Source: Candidatus Bathyarchaeia archaeon (GTDB lineage Archaea; Thermoproteota; Bathyarchaeia; Bathyarchaeales; Bathycorpusculaceae). From it: DNA of 36,565 nucleotides. Location of the stretch: positions 1 to 36,565 of the forward strand of contig JBEKKX010000023.1 in assembly GCA_050010515.1 (NCBI GenBank), written 5' to 3'. Positions within the stretch are counted from its first letter, which is position 1. The number at the start of each line of letters is the position of its first letter. Shown here one piece after another: positions 1 to 8,946 of the stretch. Position numbers and translations under genes: made by a program. The notes beneath the pieces are model-generated. The model ran no database searches, had not been told where the DNA came from, and saw nothing but the letters and a program-made list of their open reading frames with translations.

Positions 1-313
1 CAATATAAGTGAAAATACGGGGGGGGGGTTGTCCTGGCGATGTTCTCGACCAATTTTGAATTTGCTCAGCATAAACATGCTACCTCTAAATGTTTTTTCA
101 GAAGGCCAGAGCCTGGATGCGTCGCCATAGTGACTATTGGGTGCGGTCGAATAGGTGCGTGCCTTCATCAAGGTAGCGAGGAGAATAACTAGATAGAAGG
201 GGAGATACGGAAACAGGAAAGAATAAATAAAGACTTCACATAGGTGCGCACTTAAAAATTATCTTTACTATTTATATCTTCTCGATTACATTAAAAAAAA
301 GAGTTGGGTCATC

Positions 314-1597
314 ATGTCCGAGGAGCCGCGATCGCCATTCATTCGATTGCTTCGCCAAGCACGTGGGTTTCTCCCCTTGTTCGTCGGAGATATCGTCTCC
401 ACTTCGGGGGCTGCGATATTCTCGTCCGCGATCAGCTACCTGGTTTACCTATCAACACATTCGGCCCTGGCTGTCGCCTATGTTGGGATAGCCTCGTTCG
501 CTCCTACGATCATTATCGGGCTCTTCGCCGGTGCCTTGGTTGATAGGTCCAACAAGCGACGCATGATGGTCGCCTGCGACCTCGCCCGTTCAGCTGCAGT
601 GGTGATAATACCCGTCTACATGTTCTTTGCAGGGTTCAACCTCGCTATAATTCTGTCGGTCGTCTTGGCCATCTCGCTATTCTCCACGCTCTTCAGGCCT
701 GCTGCGAGGGCCATCATGCCGCTACTCGTCCAGAGCGACCTAATCCCAAGTGCGAACGGCATCATGACGGCCGCCGAGTCGCTCGCGAACTCGGTTTCCC
801 TGGGAATAGGAGGAGTGCTGATCGAGCTTATCGGAGCGTCCCTGAGCCTGTTCTACAACACCGCAACCTACTTGATTTCGGCCACGATGATCTTCCTCAT
901 CTTAGTTCCCTCAGCAGCGACTGCCAAGACGCAGGACGGTGCCCAAGCCCAGAGCGAAAAGGTCTCCCTTCCCAGGAAAACCTCGTTGCTAGATGACGTA
1001 CGCGAAGGTGTGAGGTACATGCGCGAGAAAAAGGTCATCCTCGAGATGACGGCTACCGCCTCTGCCATCAATTTCTTCGCCATGATAGGGGTAAACTTCC
1101 TCGTCGTCTATGAGGCGAAATTCCTACTTACCACCTCGGGCCTCATCTACGGCATCCTGCTCGCCTCTTTCTCCTTTGGAAGTGCAGTCGGTGCGTTGGT
1201 CATGGGGAGAGTTAACGCCTTCAAGCATGCAGGCAAAGTCCTGATAGCCTGTAACGCGGTCTTCGGGCTCTCGACGCTCGGGATGATCCTCCTTCGCAAT
1301 GTGGTATTCGACATCTCCATGCTCTTCGTGACCGGTCTCGCCCTCGGATTAAGCATAGTGTTGTATTTCTCCATAATCCAGATCATCGTACCGGGACACG
1401 TCCTCGGTAGAGTGATAAGCGCTGACGAGGTGGGGAGCTTCGCTTCCATCCCGCTCGCCCAGATTGCAGGAGGGCTCATCATCCAGTTCTATGGCATCAT
1501 TCCAGACTTCGAGGTCGCCGGAATAGGGCTCCTGCTGACGGCGTTGGCCTCAGTCTTCCTGAAGGATCTGCGGACCTTCGAAGTGACACAAAAATAA
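314..1597 (+). CDS. MFS transporter (DHA3/macrolide-efflux-like)
   Basis: 427 aa with about 12 hydrophobic segments; MFS motif A GALVDRSNKRRMMVACDLAR; C-terminal PGHVLGRV motif; markedly GC-richer than the rest of the window. Confidence 0.92.
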   Translation: MSEEPRSPFIRLLRQARGFLPLFVGDIVSTSGAAIFSSAISYLVYLSTHSALAVAYVGIASFAPTIIIGLFAGALVDRSNKRRMMVACDLARSAAVVIIPVYMFFAGFNLAIILSVVLAISLFSTLFRPAARAIMPLLVQSDLIPSANGIMTAAESLANSVSLGIGGVLIELIGASLSLFYNTATYLISATMIFLILVPSAATAKTQDGAQAQSEKVSLPRKTSLLDDVREGVRYMREKKVILEMTATASAINFFAMIGVNFLVVYEAKFLLTTSGLIYGILLASFSFGSAVGALVMGRVNAFKHAGKVLIACNAVFGLSTLGMILLRNVVFDISMLFVTGLALGLSIVLYFSIIQIIVPGHVLGRVISADEVGSFASIPLAQIAGGLIIQFYGIIPDFEVAGIGLLLTALASVFLKDLRTFEVTQK

Positions 1598-2042
1598 CGG
1601 TCAAATACTTTGTCACCAAGGATGAATCATTATCAAAAAAAATTAAAATTTAATCTTTTCTCTCTTGCGTTCTCATTCACTACCGCTCTGACTTATGCAC
1701 GTACGCTCTCCCATGCGCACGCGTGTCTAATGTCGCGCGCTAGCTTGACTGCTTAACTACGTAAAATAAACAGTTTGGATGAACATTACATGCGAAGGTA
1801 TCTTCGGCAACCCAGACGCCGTACGGAAAAATATCCAGTAATCGTCAGGGTCCTCAAGCTCATGAAAATTAGCATCAAAATTAAACGCTAAGCCCGCAAG
1901 GAAAATCCTCATCATAACTGAGGCAGCCTCAATTTCCTTCTGATTCAACTAGAAAACCTGTTGGCTGCTATAGCGGAAAAAGAAAAAGGGAAAGTTGCGG
2001 AGAAGCAAAACGAAAGTGGCGATACATCACCAACGGATGGGA

Positions 2043-2066
2043 GTTCAAGTCCCACCCCCGGCACCA
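2043..2066 (+). other. Isolated tRNA 3' fragment (T-loop to CCA, probably tRNA-Leu); putative attR site
   Basis: GTTCAAGTCCCACCCCCGGCACCA reads as T-loop + 3' T-stem + acceptor strand + discriminator A + CCA. The upstream sequence provides neither the GTGGG T-stem partner nor a GCCGGGG 5' end. Confidence 0.7.
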
Positions 2067-2240
2067 CTATAGTAAAACAGACGGGGGGTTTCTAATCAGC
2101 CTTTTGAGGACTTGCTTCAACTTCAAGAGATGTCAAAACAGGAGTAATTAGGGTTTTAGCGCGCCGCACTAAGCATCAAAGCAACTTACGAAAAATCTCT
2201 TCCAGCAGCAAGATAAAACTTGCCTCTAGCGTGTTTTGCA

Positions 2241-2372
2241 TCAGCATGCAGACTCCGCCTTGTCTTCCTTATGAATAGATACCCGCACTTTTGACGTAGT
2301 TTTCATATCAATAGTGCGTCTCCTTATCCTCTTGACCAAAGACCACCGATAATCACGCTTCTCAGACAACAT
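2241..2372 (-). CDS. Small basic hypothetical protein (43 aa, MLSEKRDYRWSLVKRIRRR...)
   Basis: ATG at 2372 preceded by GGAGACTGGTGAG (SD-like); stop TGA at 2243-2241; co-directional with the upstream membrane gene; below the ORF-track cutoff. Confidence 0.35.
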   Translation of the reverse strand: MLSEKRDYRWSLVKRIRRRTIDMKTTSKVRVSIHKEDKAESAC

Positions 2373-2435
2373 CTCACCAGTCTCCAGCTTCAACGCTTAT
2401 TCATACGCAAATCGGCTGGCTCACATCATATCATC

Positions 2436-3848
2436 CTATTGAGAATTAGGTGAGGTTTGTGTGGCGAGAGGTTGTTTTTTGGCTTGTTTTCTGCGTGACC
2501 TTGTTTTAGAATTTTTCAAGTTATTCCGATGGTTCAAACGTAAATCATCATTTTTTGCTCTTGCGTGTGGCCAGAAGAATGCGCTTGCAAAAAGCACTAT
2601 GAACGAAATAAAGACCAGCATAAACAAGGTGTCATATGCCTGTCCAATAGTGGTTTTCCAAAGGAAACATTGGAAGTAATCCTTAGAGTAAGCGCCAGGG
2701 CCAGGCCAACTCCATCCCGCACCACCAGGACTAGCTTGCCACCACACTGGCCCACTTACGATGAGGTCAAGTTGCCAGAGACTGAAGAAAAGCAAACCCA
2801 TAGCAGCCATTACGCCTGCAAGGTTAATGATGGAGCTTGTTTTTACCATGTTCCTCCAGGAATTTCTCAGGCGATTAGGTAATTTTTCTTTTTGCTCTGT
2901 GCGACCAGTCCACTTGCCACTCAAGTAGCCCATTGTTGAAAATCGAGCGGTCTCAAATATCCCGTAAACAAAAACGCCTGTGCCTGCTAGTAGCATTCCA
3001 AAGCCTGAATAATTCATCAACGAGTTTTTTGCGTAGGAACTAGCAAGTATTGAACCAGTAATGATTAGCATTGAGCCGATGCCGATTGCCCATATGCTTC
3101 CCAATATAATTCTCGGTTCGCTATCACGGCGGTTTCCATTTAGGCTCCAGTTGCTTTTTAGGATTGTTACAACCGTTCCTGCCATGCCTAGGCTTAAGAT
3201 GGCTACTCCAATTAGTAGCATTCCAAAGCCCATATAGTTCATTATTGTTTCTTTTGCGTAACTGCCAGCTACTATAGAACCGATAACAGTAAGAACTATT
3301 CCGATGCCGACCGATAATATGCTATAAGTTAGAAACCTTGGTCTATCTACCCTGATGCCGACTTGTTTTCTGTTCTTATTTAAGTTGGTCTGCAGCATCC
3401 CCAACGCTGTTCCGAATATGCCTAAAACAAAAACGCATATTCCCGTCAGCAGCATCCCGAAACCTGCGCAGTTTATTACTGTATTCTTTGCATATGTACC
3501 GCCTAGTATGGAGCCTATAATACTCAGAACCACACCGACGCCGATTGCCCATATGCTTAGACACAGCGTCTTTGGCTTCTCAACTCTGATGCTTGCTGGC
3601 TTTGCCCGGCTTAAACGAGCTTCCACGGTTGCTGTAGCCGTTGCACAAATACCAAAAACAAAAACGGCAATTCCAGCGAGTAGCATGCCGAAGCCTGTAT
3701 AATTTGTTAATGTTGCTTTCGCGTAAGAACTAGATATTACGGAGCCAATAATGGCGAGAACTAAACCAATGACAATTACCTTTGTCTTGCTAGAGAGGGC
3801 TTCCTGGCCTTTCTCCTTAGTTCTTGCAGGTGCACCCATTTTCCTCAC
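2436..3848 (-). CDS. Multi-pass membrane protein with four internal ~77-aa repeats
   Basis: Four copies of GSxxxxxYAKxxxxNxxGFGMLL; further C-terminal TM segments; basic tail. Confidence 0.85.
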   Translation of the reverse strand: MRKMGAPARTKEKGQEALSSKTKVIVIGLVLAIIGSVISSSYAKATLTNYTGFGMLLAGIAVFVFGICATATATVEARLSRAKPASIRVEKPKTLCLSIWAIGVGVVLSIIGSILGGTYAKNTVINCAGFGMLLTGICVFVLGIFGTALGMLQTNLNKNRKQVGIRVDRPRFLTYSILSVGIGIVLTVIGSIVAGSYAKETIMNYMGFGMLLIGVAILSLGMAGTVVTILKSNWSLNGNRRDSEPRIILGSIWAIGIGSMLIITGSILASSYAKNSLMNYSGFGMLLAGTGVFVYGIFETARFSTMGYLSGKWTGRTEQKEKLPNRLRNSWRNMVKTSSIINLAGVMAAMGLLFFSLWQLDLIVSGPVWWQASPGGAGWSWPGPGAYSKDYFQCFLWKTTIGQAYDTLFMLVFISFIVLFASAFFWPHARAKNDDLRLNHRNNLKNSKTRSRRKQAKKQPLATQTSPNSQ

Positions 3849-4033
3849 CGTAGCTCTTTTAATTGCCCACCAAGCAGATACTATTAGCTACTGCGTATCT
3901 ATCCTATAACATTTAAGGCAATATTCTATATTGAAACAGAACGCTTAAGGATTGATAGCAACCCCTAGCTGCTAATTAAATAAAATAAGCATTTAAACCA
4001 ATTTAGCCATAAACTGCTAAAGGAAACGCTTGG

Positions 4034-4960
4034 TCACCTTTCTTGTTGTTTTGTTGCGTCAGTGAGGACCAAGCTTCTTTTGGGATTGAATGCGGCAGCT
4101 AATTCTTTGTAGTTAACGATGATTAGAGACAGCAAGGTGAAGAAGGGTATGAGAGAGTAATAGTAAAGTGGCGTATTAACGGCAGAGGAAAAAACCATGC
4201 TTATGAAGCCAGAGGCCATGCCTGGGTAAAGAAGCATCAGATTTGACAAGACCAACGCGCTGATTGCGCTTGCTGTTGCAGCTTTGAGGTTTTTGCGGTT
4301 GTACATTATGAAGAGCGGTATCGCCAATAATCCGAATCTTGGGTCAAAAAAACCAAAGGCAAAGGCAATTCCAGACAGGTATGGTTTTCCTCGGCTGCCT
4401 AAATAGAAGCTGAGTAGAAGCAGAAGGGTGATGAAGACTTTGGCTTGTCCCTCGCCCCACTGCCAATAGTAGCTTAGGGAAAGGCCCCCTTGCGGGGAGG
4501 GGAAAGGCAGCAGCAACGCGATAACCATAACTACGAAGGTTACTGCAAGAGGCTTGTTATCTAAGATCTTGTAGAGCAGATACGCCATTAGGGGAAGAAG
4601 CATAAACTGGACTATGTCGAAGGCTAAGAGTGCCTGTTGATAATTCAACGAGAGAAAAGGCGAGACAATAAGCAGGAAAGAAGGCAGGTACTTGTAGGCT
4701 TCAGGATGTGGAAGTATGACTGGTTCCCCATCATGTAAAGCTCCGAAAGTGTAAATGTGCGCTGGATTATTCCATAGCCTCCAAGCGCCCATATAATAGG
4801 CTGAGAAGTCTTTTGCCAGTATAGTGCCTGAAGTGTTAATGCCTGCGTTGACGGCGTAAGTCTCTGGATAAGCCACTATGAAAGTGTATAAATTCAAGGC
4901 GATAAGTACTGCAATTCCCACGATGAAAACAATCTTGGTTAAGCGCGGTTGGCTAATCAT
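4034..4960 (-). CDS. GT87/DUF2029-like polyprenyl-phosphate-sugar-dependent glycosyltransferase (GT-C)
   Basis: KDFSAYYMGAWRL after TM1, YKYLPSFLL and GQ motifs; multi-TM. Confidence 0.75.
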   Translation of the reverse strand: MISQPRLTKIVFIVGIAVLIALNLYTFIVAYPETYAVNAGINTSGTILAKDFSAYYMGAWRLWNNPAHIYTFGALHDGEPVILPHPEAYKYLPSFLLIVSPFLSLNYQQALLAFDIVQFMLLPLMAYLLYKILDNKPLAVTFVVMVIALLLPFPSPQGGLSLSYYWQWGEGQAKVFITLLLLLSFYLGSRGKPYLSGIAFAFGFFDPRFGLLAIPLFIMYNRKNLKAATASAISALVLSNLMLLYPGMASGFISMVFSSAVNTPLYYYSLIPFFTLLSLIIVNYKELAAAFNPKRSLVLTDATKQQER

Positions 4961-5101
4961 TTTTATCCAACGTTTGGCTGGCAGTTTCGCATCTAATACT
5001 CATTGGAACTTTTATACTTTGGTTGATATAGCATTTTTGGCTTTGAAAATCTTCCTGAAGTTACAGTAGCTCAATAATCACGCTTTACTAAAAATTCTGA
5101 T

Positions 5102-5119
5102 GTATTACAAATGTAATAC
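5102..5119. promoter_or_regulatory. Perfect 8-2-8 inverted repeat, putative transcription-factor operator
   Basis: GTATTACA-AA-TGTAATAC just upstream of the BRE/TATA-like GAAAATGCTTTTATT in a divergent intergenic region. Confidence 0.5.
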
Positions 5120-5190
5120 GCATGAAAATGCTTTTATTCAGTTCCTTCCTTGAAGGCGTTTAAGCCCAGAACATAAGGACCGAATAATAA

Positions 5191-5778
5191 ATGAATATGC
5201 AAAAACAAAGCAGCGCTAAACATGCCTCAATAATCGCCACGGCAGCAGCCCTCTACACCATATTCTTCTTCCTGTCATACTCGATAACATTGCCAAGATT
5301 CACGCTCCTCTATCTCCCGATTATCCTGCTAGGTGTTTTTCCAATATGGTTCGGATGGAGCGGACTGGCAGGAGCGATGATTGGAGCGTTTATAGGTGGC
5401 GCTTTTGTGGAGGGCCTAGGTTTTCTCGGAGTGTTCGAATCAGTTGTAGCACTCATAATATACCTCATAAATTGGACCCTTATGCCTAAAAAAGCCGCTG
5501 AGGATGGAAAGAGAAAGAGCCTGATTACTCTTTTAGGTGTTTACGCTTTAAGCCTCTTTGTGGGGACAAGTTACATTCTTTGGCAATACACAATTTTGCC
5601 TCAACTGTTTACTGCTACCGAAGCAGAAGTCATTCTGGTGCCAACGTTTGCTCTTAACTTGCCAATCGTGTTGATTACCTGCCCAGCTTTAATTAGGGCG
5701 ATATCTCCGAAACTGAGAACTTGGGGTATGTACTGTGGCAACTTTGCGGATTGGAGACGCCTCAGAGCCAAATCCTAA
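5191..5778 (+). CDS. QueT/ECF S-component-like membrane protein
   Basis: 195 aa, 5-6 TM; PIWFGWSGLAGAMIGAFIG pattern typical of S-component-like proteins. Confidence 0.55.
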   Translation: MNMQKQSSAKHASIIATAAALYTIFFFLSYSITLPRFTLLYLPIILLGVFPIWFGWSGLAGAMIGAFIGGAFVEGLGFLGVFESVVALIIYLINWTLMPKKAAEDGKRKSLITLLGVYALSLFVGTSYILWQYTILPQLFTATEAEVILVPTFALNLPIVLITCPALIRAISPKLRTWGMYCGNFADWRRLRAKS

Positions 5779-5925
5779 GTATGGCATCTTTTTTATTCCT
5801 CTCTTTTACCGGCATTCGTCGGTTGACTTGAACTCTGCTGTAATAGTATCAAAAAGTTTGGGCATGAGTAATGGGCAATGCTTTTAAGTTATCGGTTACC
5901 TAAAGGCAGTTCTGAGTGCTCAGAC

Positions 5926-6441
5926 ATGAAAATAAGAATAATAAAATTATCCCCAGAATTCCTCATCGAGTTGTTGCAGGGGAAAGCATCCTCTTCGGCT
6001 TCCAATTTGCCCAGCGATACTGAACTATTAGACTTAAAACTTGATTTGTTTTCCAAGCAAGTGCTCGCGATAGTTAGAAGCGAAAGTTTTGAGGACATTG
6101 CCGAATCCTATCCAATCCCAGAATTCAACCTAACAAACACTGGAGAACCTAAAACTGCACCAAAGCCGATTGGGACCGTTAAAATCGAATCCAAACCTGA
6201 ACCTAAGCCTACAAATGTAAAGTTAATTCAACCAAGCAAAACCTCAACCAAAATGGAAAATGAATTCAGCCCAGAGCAGCGCAAACTGCTCAGTTTTACA
6301 GTTAAGGGAGATTGCGTTGTGGTAAAACCAGTTCAATTTTTAAAGGCTGAATGGGAAGATATCAATGAGGTTGTGCGAAGTTTAGGCGGTAAATGGGTGA
6401 AAGGCGACATCATTAGCTACTGGGAAATCCCAGCGCAATAA
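5926..6441 (+). CDS. Hypothetical protein (archaeal conserved C-terminal domain)
   Basis: Probable start MKIRII at 5926 (track gives 5878); Pro/Lys linker; C-terminal LLSF...KPVQFL...VRSLGGKWV domain that I recall from Bathyarchaeia proteins. Confidence 0.7.
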   Translation: MKIRIIKLSPEFLIELLQGKASSSASNLPSDTELLDLKLDLFSKQVLAIVRSESFEDIAESYPIPEFNLTNTGEPKTAPKPIGTVKIESKPEPKPTNVKLIQPSKTSTKMENEFSPEQRKLLSFTVKGDCVVVKPVQFLKAEWEDINEVVRSLGGKWVKGDIISYWEIPAQ

Positions 6442-6470
6442 GGGTTGATGATCTGCTTTGAGTAAGAAAC

Positions 6471-6484
6471 GAAAATCCTTTAAA
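6471..6484 (+). promoter_or_regulatory. BRE/TATA promoter
   Basis: GAAAATCCTTTAAA about 36 nt before ATG 6521, which has a GGTG SD-like element. Confidence 0.5.
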
Positions 6485-6520
6485 CAAGATTCACCTATTC
6501 AGAATAAGAATGGTGTTAAG

Positions 6521-7120
6521 ATGGAAAAAACCAATATACCTCTGACTCGAGACGCACTAGTCTCTATGCAAGTCATAGATGCAAAAGGACGATTGGTTGG
6601 AAAAGTTAAAGATATCGCTTTCGCCGTTGGAAAGACGGGCATTGCCTTGTCAGTGGAGAATGAGGCTGGGGAAATCCAACACATCCCCTGGGAAGATGTT
6701 CAAGCAGCATCAGACTTCATACTTCTAAAGGCAGTTCCACAAAGCACTAGTCAACAGAAGCAGCAGCAACCCGTTCAAACTAGGTCTCTGAGTGAGGAAG
6801 AAAAGGTTTTTGGGCCTTATGAGCAGCAGCAACCCGTTCAAACTGATGTTCAGGAACAGTCAACTCAACCACTTTGCCCAACATGCAATCAACCTCTCAC
6901 ATGGATTCCGCAATACAAAAGATGGTACTGCTACAACGACAAGAAATACGTTTCAGTTGGGAAGAAAAGGTTTTTGGGTCTTATGAACGGCAGCAGCAAC
7001 GTTCAAACTGATGTTCAGAAACAGTCAACTCAACCACTTTGCCCAACATGCAATCAACCTCTCACATGGATTCCGCAATACAAAAGATGGTACTGCTACA
7101 ACGACAAGAAATACGTCTAA
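6521..7120 (+). CDS. PRC-barrel protein with two tandem C-terminal Zn-ribbon-like motifs
   Basis: MQVIDAKGRLVGKVKDI...IPWEDVQAASDFILL (PRC barrel); two copies of CPTCNQPLTWIPQYKRWYCYNDKKYV; ATG 6521 preferred over TTG 6458. Confidence 0.85.
   Translation: MEKTNIPLTRDALVSMQVIDAKGRLVGKVKDIAFAVGKTGIALSVENEAGEIQHIPWEDVQAASDFILLKAVPQSTSQQKQQQPVQTRSLSEEEKVFGPYEQQQPVQTDVQEQSTQPLCPTCNQPLTWIPQYKRWYCYNDKKYVSVGKKRFLGLMNGSSNVQTDVQKQSTQPLCPTCNQPLTWIPQYKRWYCYNDKKYV
6796..7116 (+). repeat. ~165-bp tandem direct repeat, plus a 23-bp partial copy at 6759-6781
   Basis: 6836-6951 and 7001-7116 are identical except for one base; 6796-6835 and 6960-7000 are similar with indels. Confidence 0.95.
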
Positions 7121-7153
7121 ACAGTATAAACCATCTTCAAACATTTTTAATTT

Positions 7154-7792
7154 TTAATTTTTAGCCGTTTCATTTAGCATGGGCTTTTCCAATATTGTGA
7201 TTGTTCCGTTTTTTCCAAGACGGAGTTGCTTTTTAGCCTTAAACATAGCCACGTGCGCATTCTTTACTTCTATACAGTTACCTACTGAAACGGCGTTTAC
7301 CTGTTGGTCCCAGAGGCAAAGCATAATTTTTCCCGTTTCATCTCCTATCCATGCGTTAGAAACAAGAGCGTTGTCCCTAAATTGAGTGTGAACCTTGGAT
7401 GGCTCAGAAGTTTCCAACACTTTGGCAATTACATTTACCTTTTTCATGCCTACTCGTAGATTCTCTATCTTCATATGTGTAGGGGCCGGGTTTTGCTTTG
7501 CGATCTCTTTTCGGACTCTGCTTGTATCCATCCAATTATCGAATGAAACATCCTTTTGTGAGAGAGTTTCTTCGGGAACCCTGAATTGCGCAATTACTTT
7601 ACTATTTTTAGTTATTAGGAAGATGGCTTCGTTGTTAACACTTCCACGGTATTCAACCGTTAAGTCTCCACATGCTGATTTCCCGTGTTCTTTTGCTTGA
7701 ATTAAAGCCTGAAATAGTTCGGTAGGATAAACTTCATGTTGTGCTGAAATGAAAGCAAGCTGATCTTCCAATGTTGGCTTTTTTGATTTCAT
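7154..7792 (-). CDS. ssb: Single-stranded DNA-binding protein (single OB fold) with N-terminal extra domain
   Basis: IENLRVGMKKVNVIAKV...IGDETGKIMLCLWDQQ...GNCIEVKNAHV...QLRLGKNG is a crenarchaeal SSB/RPA OB signature. Confidence 0.85.
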   Translation of the reverse strand: MKSKKPTLEDQLAFISAQHEVYPTELFQALIQAKEHGKSACGDLTVEYRGSVNNEAIFLITKNSKVIAQFRVPEETLSQKDVSFDNWMDTSRVRKEIAKQNPAPTHMKIENLRVGMKKVNVIAKVLETSEPSKVHTQFRDNALVSNAWIGDETGKIMLCLWDQQVNAVSVGNCIEVKNAHVAMFKAKKQLRLGKNGTITILEKPMLNETAKN

Positions 7793-8009
7793 ACTAATTT
7801 TTTCCTCTTTATAGCGAATTATCTTGAAGAAAGCAAATGTTAGTTTTCAAAATTTACTTTTTCTTGATTAATTCTGACAGTTTATTACTGATATCGTGTT
7901 AACTATATAGGTTTAGCTATGAAAAATCGGAATTTTCAGGGTAATTTGTATGATTTGCCTTGACGCGTTATGGGTTTGTTCTTTGTCCATAAAGGAAAAA
8001 GACTAGTAC

Positions 8010-8017
8010 TTTATAAT
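8010..8017 (+). promoter_or_regulatory. TATA box of the NHEJ operon
   Basis: TTTATAAT about 40 nt upstream of TTG 8057, with purine-rich sequence upstream. Confidence 0.4.
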
Positions 8018-8056
8018 GTATCTATGTAAACAAGTTGCTTTGAGACTTAACGGTCT

Positions 8057-8944
8057 TTGGTGAAAATTGTGACGGAGGATCTAAGAGAATTAACTAAAGT
8101 CAAGTTAAGCAATTTGGATAAAATCTTTTACCCAGAAGTTAATGTTAGCAAAGGACAAGTCATCGAGTACTACATTAAAATGGCGCCGAAAATGCTACCG
8201 ATTATGACTGATAGACCGTTAGTTCTAACCAGATACCCTGATGGCGTTAATGGCAAAAACTTCAGTTTTTTTGAAAAAGACGCTCCACAAGGTACGCCAG
8301 AATGGATTAAAATAAAAACAATTTACTCCCCAACGTCCCAACGAGACGTCCACTATATCGTTTGCAACAACTTGGATACGCTTATTTGGCTTGCAAACTT
8401 GGCAGCATTAGAAATCCACATGCCCTTCTCCAAGATTAACGCTCTGGATAAGCCTGATTTACTATTTTTTGATATTGACCCTGAACCACCAGCAACGTTG
8501 AGCGATGCCGCAGAGGTTGCGCTTTTGCTTAAAGACAAACTGCTCGATTTAGGACTTACACCTTTCATTAAGACTTCGGGCAAAAAAGGTCTTCATGTCG
8601 TAATTCCAATAGTTCCAGAGCATAGTTTTGAAGAAACAAGGGCTTTTGTGCATAAAATCGGAATCGACTTAGCCAAGGAAAGTGACATTATTGTTTCCGA
8701 ATTCAAGGATACAAAGAAGCCGGGAAAGGTTTTCGCCGATTACCTCCAGAATTCGCCAATGCGGACAATGGTGGTTCCTTACAGCTTAAGGCCGACGCCT
8801 CAAGCTTCTGTTTCGACACCTTTAGAGTGGGCTGAAATAAAGAAAGGCATAAACCCCTCTGACTTCAATATTTTTAGTGTGGTTGAACGGAAACTTGATT
8901 CGTGGAAAAATATTTTTGAAAAAAGAGTTAAACTGGAGATTTAA
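8057..8944 (+). CDS. ligD: Stand-alone LigD polymerase domain (AEP-family NHEJ primase-polymerase)
   Basis: LSNLDKIFYP, RPLVLTRYPDG, FFDIDPEP (DxD), KTSGKKGLHV, FADYLQN, PYSLR, VSTPLEW. Confidence 0.96.
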   Translation: MVKIVTEDLRELTKVKLSNLDKIFYPEVNVSKGQVIEYYIKMAPKMLPIMTDRPLVLTRYPDGVNGKNFSFFEKDAPQGTPEWIKIKTIYSPTSQRDVHYIVCNNLDTLIWLANLAALEIHMPFSKINALDKPDLLFFDIDPEPPATLSDAAEVALLLKDKLLDLGLTPFIKTSGKKGLHVVIPIVPEHSFEETRAFVHKIGIDLAKESDIIVSEFKDTKKPGKVFADYLQNSPMRTMVVPYSLRPTPQASVSTPLEWAEIKKGINPSDFNIFSVVERKLDSWKNIFEKRVKLEI

Positions 8945-8946
8945 TT

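Noticed and set aside
12-30. G-run resembling ACGGGGGGTT near 2081
   Set aside because: Too short and low-complexity to call a terminal repeat
1757-1948. 63-aa minus-strand ORF as an integrase fragment
   Set aside because: No recognisable recombinase motif; may be a decayed gene but cannot be identified
1990-2066. Complete tRNA gene
   Set aside because: No 5' acceptor strand, D-arm or anticodon arm, and the T-stem does not pair
6759-7116. Repeats considered as a CRISPR array or diversity-generating retroelement template/variable pair
   Set aside because: They are coding tandem copies with one mismatch, with no spacers, cas genes or reverse transcriptase in the window
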